A stretch of 64,000 nt of DNA from a virus. Taxonomy: Duplodnaviria; Caudoviricetes. Shown piece after piece: positions 1-9,770 of the stretch (within the stretch, counting starts at the first letter, position 1; each line of letters opens with the position of its first letter). The DNA is taken from positions 154,949 through 218,948 of IMG/VR virus record IMGVR_UViG_641201006_000001; one strand, 5' to 3'. A program made the translations under genes and the position numbers. Below the pieces are notes generated by a model. It saw only the letters and a list, made by a program, of their open reading frames with translations. It was not told where the DNA came from and did no database searches.

Positions 1-462
1 GTCTTCTAACTGTGTACGGCTAAAGCCTAGCTTTTTACCTAAACGTTTAATCTTACCAATGCTATCAACAGATGCTAAATCAGGTTCATATGCCTGTAGT
101 TCATCGGCTGTTACCATACCTACGTTTAAGAAGTCACGGAACGCACGACCTTTGGCACGAGTTAATGCCATACGTGGGAATGATGCTGCTGTCATTTTAC
201 CGCAGTTATTCACACTTGCATCGGCTTCTTCCATACCAATGCGTTTACCTTCTTTGTCGAAGATTTCGGCACGAGCATAACATGTAAACTTATTCTCCGA
301 TGACGGATACTGCGTGACATATGCCTCGATATGTCCAAAGCGTGGGTCTTCATGTGCAAGGGCAAGCAAACCATTATATAGAATTGCTTCTTTCCCTTTT
401 GGCCCACCAATCTTCATGATAAATTCTTTCTTAAATTCGGGTGTTAATTCTCTACTTTTCAC
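1..462 (-). CDS. Partial CDS running off the window end; possible Rad52/Sak-like annealing protein (tentative)
   Basis: Not in the ORF track. GTG at 462 after GGAGG; open to base 1: MKSRELTPEFKKEF...GLLALAH...RMALTRAKGRAFRDFLNVG...QLED. Confidence 0.75.
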   Translation of the reverse strand, partial: MKSRELTPEFKKEFIMKIGGPKGKEAILYNGLLALAHEDPRFGHIEAYVTQYPSSENKFTCYARAEIFDKEGKRIGMEEADASVNNCGKMTAASFPRMALTRAKGRAFRDFLNVGMVTADELQAYEPDLASVDSIGKIKRLGKKLGFSRTQLED

Positions 463-477
463 ACTGCAACCTCCTAA

Positions 478-792
478 TTAGCCATTAATCCGTTTGTCAT
501 AGCAATAGCCACAAACATCTAATCCCGGATTCCTCGGCTCTGACTTACAATCAACACACTTCGGTTCTAGCTCTTTATAAATCGCTTCCTTGATCTCTCT
601 CCATTCACCTAGTTGCTTCTGATGATTTGCAACTTCACGTTTGCGACCATCAATTACAACTTGTGGTGTCCGCATACTTTCAGGAAGAGATTTAATATAA
701 GCACTCGCTTGTTCACGACGAGTAATCTCCGTATTCACGAGCTTCCGAAGTTTCTTTAATTGTGCATTAGAAAACGGGCGACCGTTTACCAT
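478..792 (-). CDS. Hypothetical protein with C-terminal CxxC..CxxC zinc finger
   Basis: 104-aa ORF overlapping its upstream neighbour; CVDC...CGYC. Confidence 0.75.
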   Translation of the reverse strand: MVNGRPFSNAQLKKLRKLVNTEITRREQASAYIKSLPESMRTPQVVIDGRKREVANHQKQLGEWREIKEAIYKELEPKCVDCKSEPRNPGLDVCGYCYDKRING

Positions 793-1223
793 TTCTCGAT
801 TCTACTTTCTACCTGTAATGTTGCAGTTAAGTCGTCGTTTGTACGAATTACTAATTCAGGAGCATTGTATCCATAAGAACCTTCATAGTATTTTTGGAAT
901 GTACCACCACGCCATAATGGTGTCACACGACCTTTTGCAAACGTACCATTCTTTTTCGTAGGAATTTTATTGAACCATTCTTCAAACTTATTACCCTCTT
1001 GAATCTCAATAATAAGTGCTTTGATTTCTTCCTCTTCCGCAGCACGCTCTGCTTCTGTTGGACGTGTAAAGTCTGTGTCCATATCACAAGTATTAATGCC
1101 GTAATCCTCATCTTCTGGATCAGCACCAATCATGCTTTGCAGTTCACGAATGATTTCATCCTTGTTTCCTTCTAGGTTGAATACCTTATGACGCTCATCT
1201 GTCTTTGTGAATAATACTACCAT
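786..1223 (-). CDS. Hypothetical protein
   Basis: ATG at 1223 after GGAGTG SD; overlaps both neighbours. Confidence 0.75.
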   Translation of the reverse strand: MVVLFTKTDERHKVFNLEGNKDEIIRELQSMIGADPEDEDYGINTCDMDTDFTRPTEAERAAEEEEIKALIIEIQEGNKFEEWFNKIPTKKNGTFAKGRVTPLWRGGTFQKYYEGSYGYNAPELVIRTNDDLTATLQVESRIEKW

Positions 1224-1699
1224 TTCACTCCACTCCCATCTTCGCCGCAATTACTACAGCTATTTCTTCTTAACCAGCTATACAGATGCTCTTTTAGGTT
1301 ATCTTCTAGCGGTTTCCCGTAGTCCTTCATAAAGTCAGTGACAACATCGTCAATACGCATAATGACGGCACTACGTTCCTCCCCTGTATAGAAACCAGCA
1401 TCAGTATCACATACGAGTTTGATGATTTCATCCTTAATACCTACATCAATTGCCGGCTCTACCGGTGCTAACTCATATGCACGAATCATGCTTGAATCAA
1501 TACCGTATTGCTTCGATGCAATTTCAATTGCAACTGCGGTTGATTCAACGGAATACGTACCTAAAATAATACCAGCATGAATGTCACGCCATTCTTGTAC
1601 CTCATAGAAATTCTCTTCGTCTTGTATAGGCTCCGTTAACACTTGTATGTCACGAGTGTATTCTTCGTCTACAACGCATAGATAATCATTTTTGACCAT
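1217..1699 (-). CDS. Hypothetical protein
   Basis: 160-aa ORF in a tightly packed operon. Confidence 0.75.
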   Translation of the reverse strand: MVKNDYLCVVDEEYTRDIQVLTEPIQDEENFYEVQEWRDIHAGIILGTYSVESTAVAIEIASKQYGIDSSMIRAYELAPVEPAIDVGIKDEIIKLVCDTDAGFYTGEERSAVIMRIDDVVTDFMKDYGKPLEDNLKEHLYSWLRRNSCSNCGEDGSGVKW

Positions 1700-2297
1700 G
1701 TGGGGTCACCACCTTCAATTGTTTTAGTTGTTCAAATGCTTCTTCCTCTGTTAATTCTCCCGCATCTAACTTCGCAAGCACTTCATCAATGCTATTCATT
1801 GCTTCCGGATTTCGACCAATTTCTGTTTCTACCGTATAGCTATCCAATGGTTCTACATATTCACTTGAATTTTCCGCCATTAGTTTCTCTAATGTTTTAC
1901 GTAATTGATCGTCAGGCAAGGATAAGGCATTCTTTATATCATCAACTTTAATGTATTCTGCATCCTCTGATGTTTTTACCGTATGGTCTGGTTTACCCGG
2001 ACGGACGTACAGTGTATCAGCGGCGAAACCATCGTCTGCTGAACATGATCTGTCGTATGCTGCATTATGTTTCTTTAACAACTGTTCCAGTTCTTTTATT
2101 TCACCATCTTGATTATCTTCTTCTTCAATCGAGATGAGCGTTTTCTCTTCATCTACATAACAGTTTTCTAATAGTGATACTTTATCTTTGTAATCTGCCT
2201 TCCCGCTATCGTAATATTCTTTATCCTTTAGATGCTGTGCTATCTCCGGATGCAACATACGTGCCGGGAAAGTAACTTCTACATGAAAATATCCCAT
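1686..2297 (-). CDS. Hypothetical acidic protein
   Basis: ATG at 2297 after GAGGTG; sigmaF-like promoter just upstream. Confidence 0.75.
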   Translation of the reverse strand: MGYFHVEVTFPARMLHPEIAQHLKDKEYYDSGKADYKDKVSLLENCYVDEEKTLISIEEEDNQDGEIKELEQLLKKHNAAYDRSCSADDGFAADTLYVRPGKPDHTVKTSEDAEYIKVDDIKNALSLPDDQLRKTLEKLMAENSSEYVEPLDSYTVETEIGRNPEAMNSIDEVLAKLDAGELTEEEAFEQLKQLKVVTPHGQK

Positions 2298-2317
2298 CTT
2301 GTTCACCTCATTACTTT

Positions 2318-2346
2318 TATTGTTACCATCTGTAACGCTTTTATGC
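2318..2346 (-). promoter_or_regulatory. SigmaF-like promoter GCATA-N14-GGTAACAATA
   Basis: Member of the repeated GYATA-N14/15-GGWAAYACTA motif family. Confidence 0.6.
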
Positions 2347-2363
2347 AGAGAAACAAGAGGCTT

Positions 2364-4337
2364 TTACACCTCTTGAATTAACTCATCCGGCAACTCTTCC
2401 ATAAAGCGTGAAGGTGTTTGCCAGTTATACGTACGGTTATAATCCATACGACGCTCTGCATGAGTGAAATACAATATCTCCTGCGCACGAGTGATACCTA
2501 CATACGCTAGGCGACGTTCTTCTTCTAATTGAACTGTATCAGATAGACTACGTGAATGCGGGAATAATCCCTCTTCCATACCAATCATAAATACGACTGG
2601 ATACTCAAGTCCTTTCGAAGTATGAAGCGTCATTAATTGTACTTTGTCTTGATTGACTACTTTATCTTGCTGAGATTGCAGTGCGATTTGGTCAAGGAAG
2701 TCTTGTAGATGTGGGTCTTTATTCTCTTGTTCATAACCCTTCGCAATCTTCGTTAACTCCTTGATATTATCAATACGGCGGAAGTCTTCTTCCTTACCAG
2801 TTTCCTGCAACTTCTCAATGTACTGCGTATATTTAAAGATAAGTTCTAACATGTCTGTAATCGGTTGGTCAGATACGCTCTTACCTGCTTCATACAATGC
2901 ATTTAAACGAGCGACTGTATCTGTTAATCCTACGAATGCAGCTTTCGCTTTCGCTGTCTTCGGATTGAAATACTCCACCACTTCATAGATAGACTTGTTC
3001 TTTTCGTTTGCCTTATCTTTGATTTGTTTAATCGTTGTTTTACCAACGCCCGCTTGCATGTTCAAGATACGGTCACATGCAATATCGTTGTCAGGATTAA
3101 CAGCTAACTGCATCCATGACATGATGTCCTTGATTTCCTTACGTTCATAGAAGGAGAATCCGGAAACCATATTGTACGGAATGTTATGGCGGATAAACTG
3201 ATCCTCAAGGAGACGAGATTGAACGTTCGTGCGATACAGAAGTGCAATGTCTTCATACTTGTATCCATCGAATGTACATAGGTTCTGAATCTCCTGTGCA
3301 ATGAAGCGTGCTTCTTGTTCATCGTCCGGCGCTTCATACTTACGTATCTTCTCACCCATTCCTTTATCCGTGAAGCAAGTTTTATTCATCTGCTTCGTAT
3401 TATGTTTCATGATGGCGTTACCTGCGGTTACAATCGTATTGGTAGAACGATAATTCTGCTCTAGCTTCACGACCTTCGTACCCGGATAATCTTTTTGGAA
3501 GTTGAGTATCTTCTCAATGTTCGCTCCACGCCACCCGTATATGCCTTGATAATCATCGCCAACGACAAATATGTTATTCTTATCGCCGACAATGTTTTTA
3601 ATCATACGGTACTGACATTCATTCGTATCTTGATACTCATCACACATAATATACTTGTATCGTCGCTGGAACTTCCTGCGTACTTCCGTATTGCTTTCCA
3701 GTAAGATAACCATCTTCATGATTAAGTCATCAAAGTCTACGGCATTGTTACGTGCCATTCTGTCTTGATAACGCTCATAGATTCTCGCAAATGACTTATC
3801 TTGCGGTTCCATTTGCTTACGGAAATCTTTCGGCAGTATCATATCATTCTTCAAGTTACTAATACGGGACTGCGTTGCATATACGTTCTGCTTTGAGTCA
3901 TCCATATTGTTACTCTTTAGTAACTCTTTAATGACTTTGTTTGTATCCTCTGAATCGAAGATCGTCCAGTTCTTTTTCAGACCTGCTTCACTATAATATT
4001 GATGTAACCAACGTACAGCTAGAGAGTGGAATGTACCAATCATAATCTTCTTGGCTCTCGCTTCTCCTACCTCATTGCCGATACGTTCCTTCATTTCTGT
4101 TGCTGCTTTATTTGTAAACGTCACGGTTAATATACGGCGTGGGTCAATACCATTTTCTAAAATATACCCCACACGCTTTTGAAGAACCCTTGTTTTTCCA
4201 CTTCCTGCTCCGGCGATAACTAAACTAGGGTTCTTTACTGTTTTAACAACCGCTTCCTTCTGAGCTGGATTCAGACCATCTAATAACTTACGTATCCGTT
4301 TCCGCTTTCTCTTTCTTTCTTCATCCATTACTACCAC
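2364..4337 (-). CDS. pcrA: UvrD/PcrA SF1 DNA helicase
   Basis: AGAGSGKT, TFTNKAA, DEYQD, VGDDYQGIYGWRGA, LEQNYRS, TLHTSKGLEY and EERRLAYVGITRA motifs. Confidence 0.97.
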   Translation of the reverse strand: MVVMDEERKRKRKRIRKLLDGLNPAQKEAVVKTVKNPSLVIAGAGSGKTRVLQKRVGYILENGIDPRRILTVTFTNKAATEMKERIGNEVGEARAKKIMIGTFHSLAVRWLHQYYSEAGLKKNWTIFDSEDTNKVIKELLKSNNMDDSKQNVYATQSRISNLKNDMILPKDFRKQMEPQDKSFARIYERYQDRMARNNAVDFDDLIMKMVILLESNTEVRRKFQRRYKYIMCDEYQDTNECQYRMIKNIVGDKNNIFVVGDDYQGIYGWRGANIEKILNFQKDYPGTKVVKLEQNYRSTNTIVTAGNAIMKHNTKQMNKTCFTDKGMGEKIRKYEAPDDEQEARFIAQEIQNLCTFDGYKYEDIALLYRTNVQSRLLEDQFIRHNIPYNMVSGFSFYERKEIKDIMSWMQLAVNPDNDIACDRILNMQAGVGKTTIKQIKDKANEKNKSIYEVVEYFNPKTAKAKAAFVGLTDTVARLNALYEAGKSVSDQPITDMLELIFKYTQYIEKLQETGKEEDFRRIDNIKELTKIAKGYEQENKDPHLQDFLDQIALQSQQDKVVNQDKVQLMTLHTSKGLEYPVVFMIGMEEGLFPHSRSLSDTVQLEEERRLAYVGITRAQEILYFTHAERRMDYNRTYNWQTPSRFMEELPDELIQEV

Positions 4338-4348
4338 GTTGCAACCTC

Positions 4349-4474
4349 CTATGCTGACTCTTTAATACTTTTCCATGCACCTTGCAACGCACGGTCACCG
4401 TCCATAATAGGATTATGTTCCCATACAATATCGCCGGTGTCGTTTATACTTCCTAAATAAATAACGTTCTCCAT
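4349..4474 (-). CDS. Small hypothetical protein (41 aa)
   Basis: Below the ORF-track cutoff; GGAGGTG SD; MENVIYLGSINDTGDIVWEH...; fills the gap. Confidence 0.65.
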   Translation of the reverse strand: MENVIYLGSINDTGDIVWEHNPIMDGDRALQGAWKSIKESA

Positions 4475-4485
4475 TATGTCACCTC

Positions 4486-4704
4486 CTAAAATGGAACATC
4501 AATCATGTTTTCTGGTGTTACCTCTACTGCGATGAATCCATGTTCATGTAGTGCAGGAAGTATATCAAGTTCTGTGTAATTTTCACCTTCACATACTTTA
4601 CGGATAACTCCTTTAAATTCCTCTTCTGTTGCATTTGTTTCGATTAGTTTCATCCACGTAGAACGTTTTGAATCGCTATCAAATAAACGGAATGTGTTGA
4701 ACAT
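4486..4704 (-). CDS. Hypothetical protein
   Basis: ATG 4704 after AGGAGG. Confidence 0.7.
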   Translation of the reverse strand: MFNTFRLFDSDSKRSTWMKLIETNATEEEFKGVIRKVCEGENYTELDILPALHEHGFIAVEVTPENMIDVPF

Positions 4705-4705
4705 A

Positions 4706-4954
4706 TTATGCCTCCTGTTCTTCGTATTTATCTTGATACAAGAAGAATGCGGTACTGTCTGCATGATGACTATGAATGAAGTCCGATAACTCATCATACT
4801 TGTGATGAAACCCTTCATTTGAGTATTCATCCTCAAGGTCACTTAATAATCGTTTAGCAAACTCATTGGCTTTCTTTTCATCCTTGAAGCTGTATTCACC
4901 ATTATTCACGAATAATCGTTTGACTAATTCTAAGTTCTCTTTATGGTCATCCAT
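4706..4954 (-). CDS. Hypothetical protein
   Basis: ATG 4954 after AGGAGG. Confidence 0.7.
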   Translation of the reverse strand: MDDHKENLELVKRLFVNNGEYSFKDEKKANEFAKRLLSDLEDEYSNEGFHHKYDELSDFIHSHHADSTAFFLYQDKYEEQEA

Positions 4955-4964
4955 GATGAACCTC

Positions 4965-5300
4965 CTATAATATACTGTCGTTACATGCCCATATTGCTTT
5001 TGATACATAGCGTTTATCAAACTTTTCTACGGTAGGTTCGATTGCTAGTATCTTTTCTCCACGGATTCTATTTACTGTTGAATCATCAGACTCAATTAGC
5101 TTTCGAATACCATTTTCTACACGACGAATCGCATCTGCTTCATCTTGTGCAAAGATAACAACATTCACCGCCATCCAACTTTGTGCGGAATATTGAACAA
5201 CATAAGGTTCTCCATCCGGGTCACCAATTAAAAACGATTCATCTTGCTTGCGACTCCATCTCATTGAATTAAGAAACGGGTCTGTATATAGTTCAGGCAT
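4965..5300 (-). CDS. Hypothetical protein
   Basis: ATG 5300 after AAGGAGG. Confidence 0.7.
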   Translation of the reverse strand: MPELYTDPFLNSMRWSRKQDESFLIGDPDGEPYVVQYSAQSWMAVNVVIFAQDEADAIRRVENGIRKLIESDDSTVNRIRGEKILAIEPTVEKFDKRYVSKAIWACNDSIL

Positions 5301-5380
5301 AACAAACCTCCTTACTAGTTTGGCACGGGAATCCCCGTATGATAAAAAGAGAGGGAGCATTGTTACATGCCCCTCTACTG

Positions 5381-6076
5381 TTATACAATTTCAGTTGTTT
5401 CTTTCTTCTCGGCTGGCTTCTTCGCTGGTGTTTTACGTGCAGGTTTCGTCGCTGGCTTCTTATCTGCTACCGGCTTTTTCGTTGTAATCTTCTTTGCCGA
5501 CGCTTTCTTCAAAGCAGCTTCTTCCTCTGCGGCAATTTGCTTCTCGATTTTCTCAAGTTCTTCGATGTCTTTCATTTCATCAGCATCTTGATACTTCGGA
5601 AGTAGTTCACCTTGTTTTACTTTCCCGCGAATCTCCTGACGTAACTGTTCAGCGAACCACGGATTATCCGTCATGAACTCACGGAACTTCGTTTTACCCG
5701 GAAACTTCAATGGTACATTCTTCGCCATCTGCGGTACTGGATCATCCTTCTTACGAACAAGTGCCTCGGCTGCTTCAATCTGCTCACCGTCTTCTTTCTC
5801 GTAATAGAACCATGAGCCTGACTTACGCATGATGCCAGCAGGTTCAACGTTCTCCATAATCTCAGTAAGCTTATCGACACCCTCACCATAAATAACGTAA
5901 TATTCACATTTTTTGTAAGGGTTGTCGTATACACATCGGTTCTTCGCAACACGAGCGCTGATTTTCAGTCCATCGTCGTCCGTAATTGGGTCACTATCTT
6001 GTAGTTTCAGTTTATTCATACCAAAACGTAATGACGCATAGAACGCTAACGCACGACCACCAGTTGTCACGTTTGG
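5381..6076 (-). CDS. recA: RecA, exon 2, with a Lys/Ala-rich C-terminal tail
   Basis: PNVTTGGRALAFYAS, VAKN and KSGSWFYY continue RecA after FGD of exon 1; spliced product 457 aa. Confidence 0.93.
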   Translation of the reverse strand, partial: PNVTTGGRALAFYASLRFGMNKLKLQDSDPITDDDGLKISARVAKNRCVYDNPYKKCEYYVIYGEGVDKLTEIMENVEPAGIMRKSGSWFYYEKEDGEQIEAAEALVRKKDDPVPQMAKNVPLKFPGKTKFREFMTDNPWFAEQLRQEIRGKVKQGELLPKYQDADEMKDIEELEKIEKQIAAEEEAALKKASAKKITTKKPVADKKPATKPARKTPAKKPAEKKETTEIV

Positions 6077-7189
6077 CTTACACATTTAAGTGTAATGGAC
6101 TATATCTTCATCCTCTATCGAGGAGCCTTGCGCTTCGAATGGTGCTAATCTCCATCCTACTCTACTCGCTTCCATCGTATGATGTGCTTTCGATAGTCTC
6201 TACACCTTCCCTATTGGGCTTGGCACGGTATTGGGAGCCTTCCGTCCACCGTTAGCCGTCTTACGACGACACCGCTTTTGCTTGCGTTCACAAGGTTATT
6301 TTACATACCATTACTGATATGGGTGACCCAAAACTTTTGTATTTGTTGTTTCACCTTATCTATATCATTTAACTCATCGTCTTCGATTGTTAATACACGG
6401 TATCCTTTACTGTGTAGTTCAGACAACTTACGTTTATCCTTATTTACATTCTTTTGTTTACTGTGCCAATATACACCGTTTACTTCTATCGCTAGTTTCT
6501 TACCTAAATAGAAGTCTACATTCCATCCTTCAACAACGTGATGTGTAAAATACACGATGTCTAATTCATCAAGTATTTCTTTTACACGACGTTCAGGTGT
6601 TGTTAGATGTGTCGATGTATCAATTTGTGGCTTAAACTTACCGTGTCTTTTCTTTCTCCATCGTTGGATAGCAACATCACTTACGCCATACTTTTCAGCA
6701 AGCTCAATTGATGAATACTTTGGATTATCAATATCCTTAAAGAATGCTTCATCTCTTGGTGTCTTCCCCGGACGATAGTGTGGGTTCTTCTCGATATATT
6801 GCTTCGTGTCGATACCCAACTTCTTCATTCGTTTCTGTACACCTGCAAGACTAATACCAATGTTATTGGCTAATTCATTTAAGGATATTTCTCCCTTCCA
6901 ATCTTTAATCGCTTTACGTTGTTCTGCGTTTAGTCTATCCTTCGGTACTTTTGTAAGGTCATGCTCATCAGCGTATTTCATAAGAGCATCCTTTCCGATA
7001 CCTAACTCTTTCGCAAGTTCACGTATGCTAATATCAGGAGAAGCGTAACCGTCGATAACGATTTGTTTTTGTTCAATAGATGGTGACCATGCTCGTGACA
7101 TATTATTACCTCCGACTTTAAGTAGTTACATTCGTTTACTTAAAGTCTAACATAGGTAAATACTATTGTCACGCACAAATACGAGTCCA
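6077..7189 (-). mobile_element. Group I intron in recA (1113 nt) carrying a homing endonuclease
   Basis: 5' exon ends ...TTCGGTGAT (U); intron ends ...TGTAAG (omega G); splicing restores FGD|PNVTTGG; P7 elements GAGACUA and AAGAUAUAGUCC (6097-6108). Confidence 0.93.
6301..7101 (-). CDS. Intron-encoded EDxHD (Vsr-like) homing endonuclease with N-terminal HTH repeats, I-Bth0305I-like
   Basis: Three HTH-like segments, then TTPE...VDF...IEVNGVYWH...D nuclease core; 266 aa; GGAGG SD. Confidence 0.9.
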   Translation of the reverse strand: MSRAWSPSIEQKQIVIDGYASPDISIRELAKELGIGKDALMKYADEHDLTKVPKDRLNAEQRKAIKDWKGEISLNELANNIGISLAGVQKRMKKLGIDTKQYIEKNPHYRPGKTPRDEAFFKDIDNPKYSSIELAEKYGVSDVAIQRWRKKRHGKFKPQIDTSTHLTTPERRVKEILDELDIVYFTHHVVEGWNVDFYLGKKLAIEVNGVYWHSKQKNVNKDKRKLSELHSKGYRVLTIEDDELNDIDKVKQQIQKFWVTHISNGM

Positions 7190-7867
7190 ATCACCGAAGC
7201 GTGAGTTTACATCTGTACGTAATTGGTTGATGAAGATTGCATACAAGTCCTTCTTACCGATAAGAGCAGTCCACTTACGCATTAGCTTACTCATCATACG
7301 AGCTTGCAGGGCGATATCAGACTGTGCTAAGTCCGTTTCAACCTCACGTTTCGGTACTAAACCAGCTACGGAGTTTACAACGAATCCTGATAAGATACCA
7401 GAACGCATTAACACTTCTAAACGGTCAATAGATTCCTCTGCACCTTTAAGCGAGATATCGACATAGATTAGACGGTCTAAGTCAATGCCGTGAACATCTC
7501 GTGCATAGTCTGGGTCGAAACTTTCTTCCGACTCAAGCCAAGCCCAAAGTGCATCCGGATCTTGCTCCATATCTTCACCAATTGTTTCTAAACATAGTGA
7601 CGTTTTTCCTGATGAGTTATTACCAAAGATTTCAGTAATACGACCACGAGGGATACCGCCACCAGTCATGACATTGATTTCTTCGGAAGGTGTAGGCAAG
7701 AACGTTAATTTCTTTGCTACATCTTTTGCGAAACCAACCGCTGTTGAACCCGCCGTTTTATTAATACCATCCATTAACTTCATCGCAATTTTGCGTTTTT
7801 CTTCCTTCGTTAACTTCTTATCGACTTGAGTTTCTTCGGCTGTTTCTATTTGTTTCTTCTTTGCCAA
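7190..7867 (-). CDS. recA: RecA, exon 1
   Basis: GGGIPRGRITEIFGNNSSGKT Walker A, VVNSVAGLVP, QARMMS, FINQLR; TTG start after GGAGG. Confidence 0.93.
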
Positions 7868-7880
7868 TCCGATAACCTCC

Positions 7881-8198
7881 CTATAATACCTTCTTTAGCC
7901 GTTGTAGTTTCGGCTTTAGTATACGGTTGCCGAAACTGGCATAGGCTTTCTCTTTTTTCGAATATGCATCAACGTTTGCGATAATATCATCAACAATTGC
8001 AACAGGATTAGCGATGCTTGTTGCTACACCATTAAACGTACCATTTTCTACATATTCTCCATGAACTTCTGCTATGTCTTTTGCTACTTGTGCTTTTGCA
8101 TCCTTCGCACTCATGCCCTCTTCACGATAACTATTAAAGAGATAGACAATCGACTGACGAAACATATGCTTTGCACCTAGTTGTTTTGGATTATTCAT
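7881..8198 (-). CDS. Hypothetical protein
   Basis: 105-aa ORF with AAGGAG upstream. Confidence 0.7.
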   Translation of the reverse strand: MNNPKQLGAKHMFRQSIVYLFNSYREEGMSAKDAKAQVAKDIAEVHGEYVENGTFNGVATSIANPVAIVDDIIANVDAYSKKEKAYASFGNRILKPKLQRLKKVL

Positions 8199-8319
8199 AG
8201 ATTTTCGAATAACATCTCCTTCCGTTATGATGCGGAACGTCCGTTACACCCCAAGACGGGGCGAAAGGGTTCTTCGCTTTAGGCTTTAACTCGCCCACTG
8301 CAAAGACCCCTTTCGTTTC

Positions 8320-9021
8320 TCAATCTTCGTCTTCTTCGTCGAAGTAGTTGTCATCTTCATCATCATCGAAGTCGTCATCATCATAGTCCTCTTCGTAATC
8401 CTCATCCTCGTCTTCTTCCTCACGGCGACGTTTACGAGACTTACTAGCAGGTTTCTTTTTCTTCGCACCATCAGATGCTTTACCGCTTGCACGCTTCTTA
8501 CGGCGTGGAGCTTCCTCTTCTTCATCTTCATCGTGGTCATCATAATCTTCTTCCTCATCACGACGACGGCGACGCTCACTACGTGGTTTACGTTCGCTAC
8601 GCTCGCTCTTGCCACGAGAAGCACCTGCACGTTTAGAACCACTAGACTTCTTACGACGACGTGGTTTCTCTTCTTCCTCTTCATCGCCTACGACTTCACT
8701 TACAGCCTCGGACAATGCTTTTGGAAGTAAGCTAATCTTACCTGCTTTGAACGAGATACGATCCTCTTCTGCGTCATCTGGACGGTACACATCCATTTCA
8801 CAATTGACGAATGTAACCCAATGACCTACACCTGCATACTCACGTAAATACGCTGCATCGTGACCAAAGATAGTGACTGCTGGATATACGTTTGGCATAT
8901 CCCCTTCTCGCACGAATTGTTTACGGCACTCAACAACTACCTTTAAGATAGCATCCTTACCGTCCTTGTCATTGTCATGAATGATTCTTTTGATTTGCCC
9001 TGCAATATTTGCACTAAACAT
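8320..9021 (-). CDS. Probable SSB (OB fold) with a long mixed basic/acidic tail
   Basis: N-terminal NIAGQI...VTIFG..A.YL..Y...G SSB-like pattern; D/E-rich C-terminus; replication-gene context. Confidence 0.7.
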   Translation of the reverse strand: MFSANIAGQIKRIIHDNDKDGKDAILKVVVECRKQFVREGDMPNVYPAVTIFGHDAAYLREYAGVGHWVTFVNCEMDVYRPDDAEEDRISFKAGKISLLPKALSEAVSEVVGDEEEEEKPRRRKKSSGSKRAGASRGKSERSERKPRSERRRRRDEEEDYDDHDEDEEEEAPRRKKRASGKASDGAKKKKPASKSRKRRREEEDEDEDYEEDYDDDDFDDDEDDNYFDEEDED

Positions 9022-9051
9022 ATTGTGAACCTCCTAATTGTTCATTAAGTA

Positions 9052-9080
9052 TAGTATTTCCATTTGTAATAATCATATAC
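9052..9080 (-). promoter_or_regulatory. SigmaF-like promoter GTATA-N14-GGAAATACTA
   Basis: Motif family member, 30 nt before the ssb-like start. Confidence 0.6.
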
Positions 9081-9081
9081 A

Positions 9082-9120
9082 CGAAAGAAACGCCCTCGTA
9101 CCTTTATCGCACGAGGGCAT
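9082..9120 (-). terminator. Intrinsic terminator after the HU gene
   Basis: GCCCTCGT...ACGAGGGC stem followed by GTTTCTTT. Confidence 0.7.
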
Positions 9121-9129
9121 CTGCCTTTA

Positions 9130-9402
9130 TTATTTTACTGCTGTTTTCAACTCTTTACCAGCTTTGAATGCCGGTACTTTTGTTGCAGCAATTTCAATTT
9201 CTTCACCAGTTTGTGGGTTACGTCCCTTACGAGCCGCACGGTCACGAGTTTCGAATGTACCAAAGCCGATTAACTGTACTTTGTTACCTTCTGCTAAAGC
9301 GTTTGTGATACCGCCAAATACTGCGTCTACAGCTTTTGTAGCATCCTTTTTAGAGATTTCTGCTGTTTCAGCTACGTGGTTGATTAATTCAGTTTTGTTC
9401 AT
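9130..9402 (-). CDS. hup: Histone-like DNA-binding protein HU
   Basis: MNKTELI...[41 protein letters not shown], a canonical Bacillus HU. Confidence 0.96.
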   Translation of the reverse strand: MNKTELINHVAETAEISKKDATKAVDAVFGGITNALAEGNKVQLIGFGTFETRDRAARKGRNPQTGEEIEIAATKVPAFKAGKELKTAVK

Positions 9403-9479
9403 GATAAGTGTCCTCACTTTTTCTCTGATTTGTTTTGTGTTTCTAGTGTCCTTAGTAGTTGTCATTTCTGACTATCCTC

Positions 9480-9507
9480 ATTTTATCATCCATAAAAGTA
9501 ATGTCAA
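9480..9507 (-). promoter_or_regulatory. SigmaA-type promoter for HU
   Basis: TTGACA-N16-TAAAAT with TG extended -10. Confidence 0.6.
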
Positions 9508-9526
9508 GCCTTGACACTAAGCCATT

Positions 9527-9727
9527 TTAGAAAATAATAAACATGACAGCTCCAATAATGACAACCCACTTAAAGATACCTTTTGCTACTTCCTTGAATC
9601 CTTCCCAAAATGATTCTGCACCTTGCTTCATTCGGTCTAGACCTCGAATTGCTGATGAGCGATGCATTGGTGTGCTTTCCTTTCGCTCAATGACTTCCAC
9701 TTGGTCAATCGTAATAGTTTCCATCAT
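9527..9727 (-). CDS. Small membrane protein
   Basis: C-terminal hydrophobic helix; AAGGAGG SD directly behind a hairpin element. Confidence 0.7.
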   Translation of the reverse strand: MMETITIDQVEVIERKESTPMHRSSAIRGLDRMKQGAESFWEGFKEVAKGIFKWVVIIGAVMFIIF

Positions 9728-9770
9728 ATAACCTCCTTATACATAACAGGGCGTGCGAACGCCCCGTCAT

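Noticed and set aside
9403-9465. N-terminally extended 111-aa HU
   Set aside because: The sigmaA promoter would start transcription about 8 nt before 9465, and the canonical MNKTEL start has its own SD
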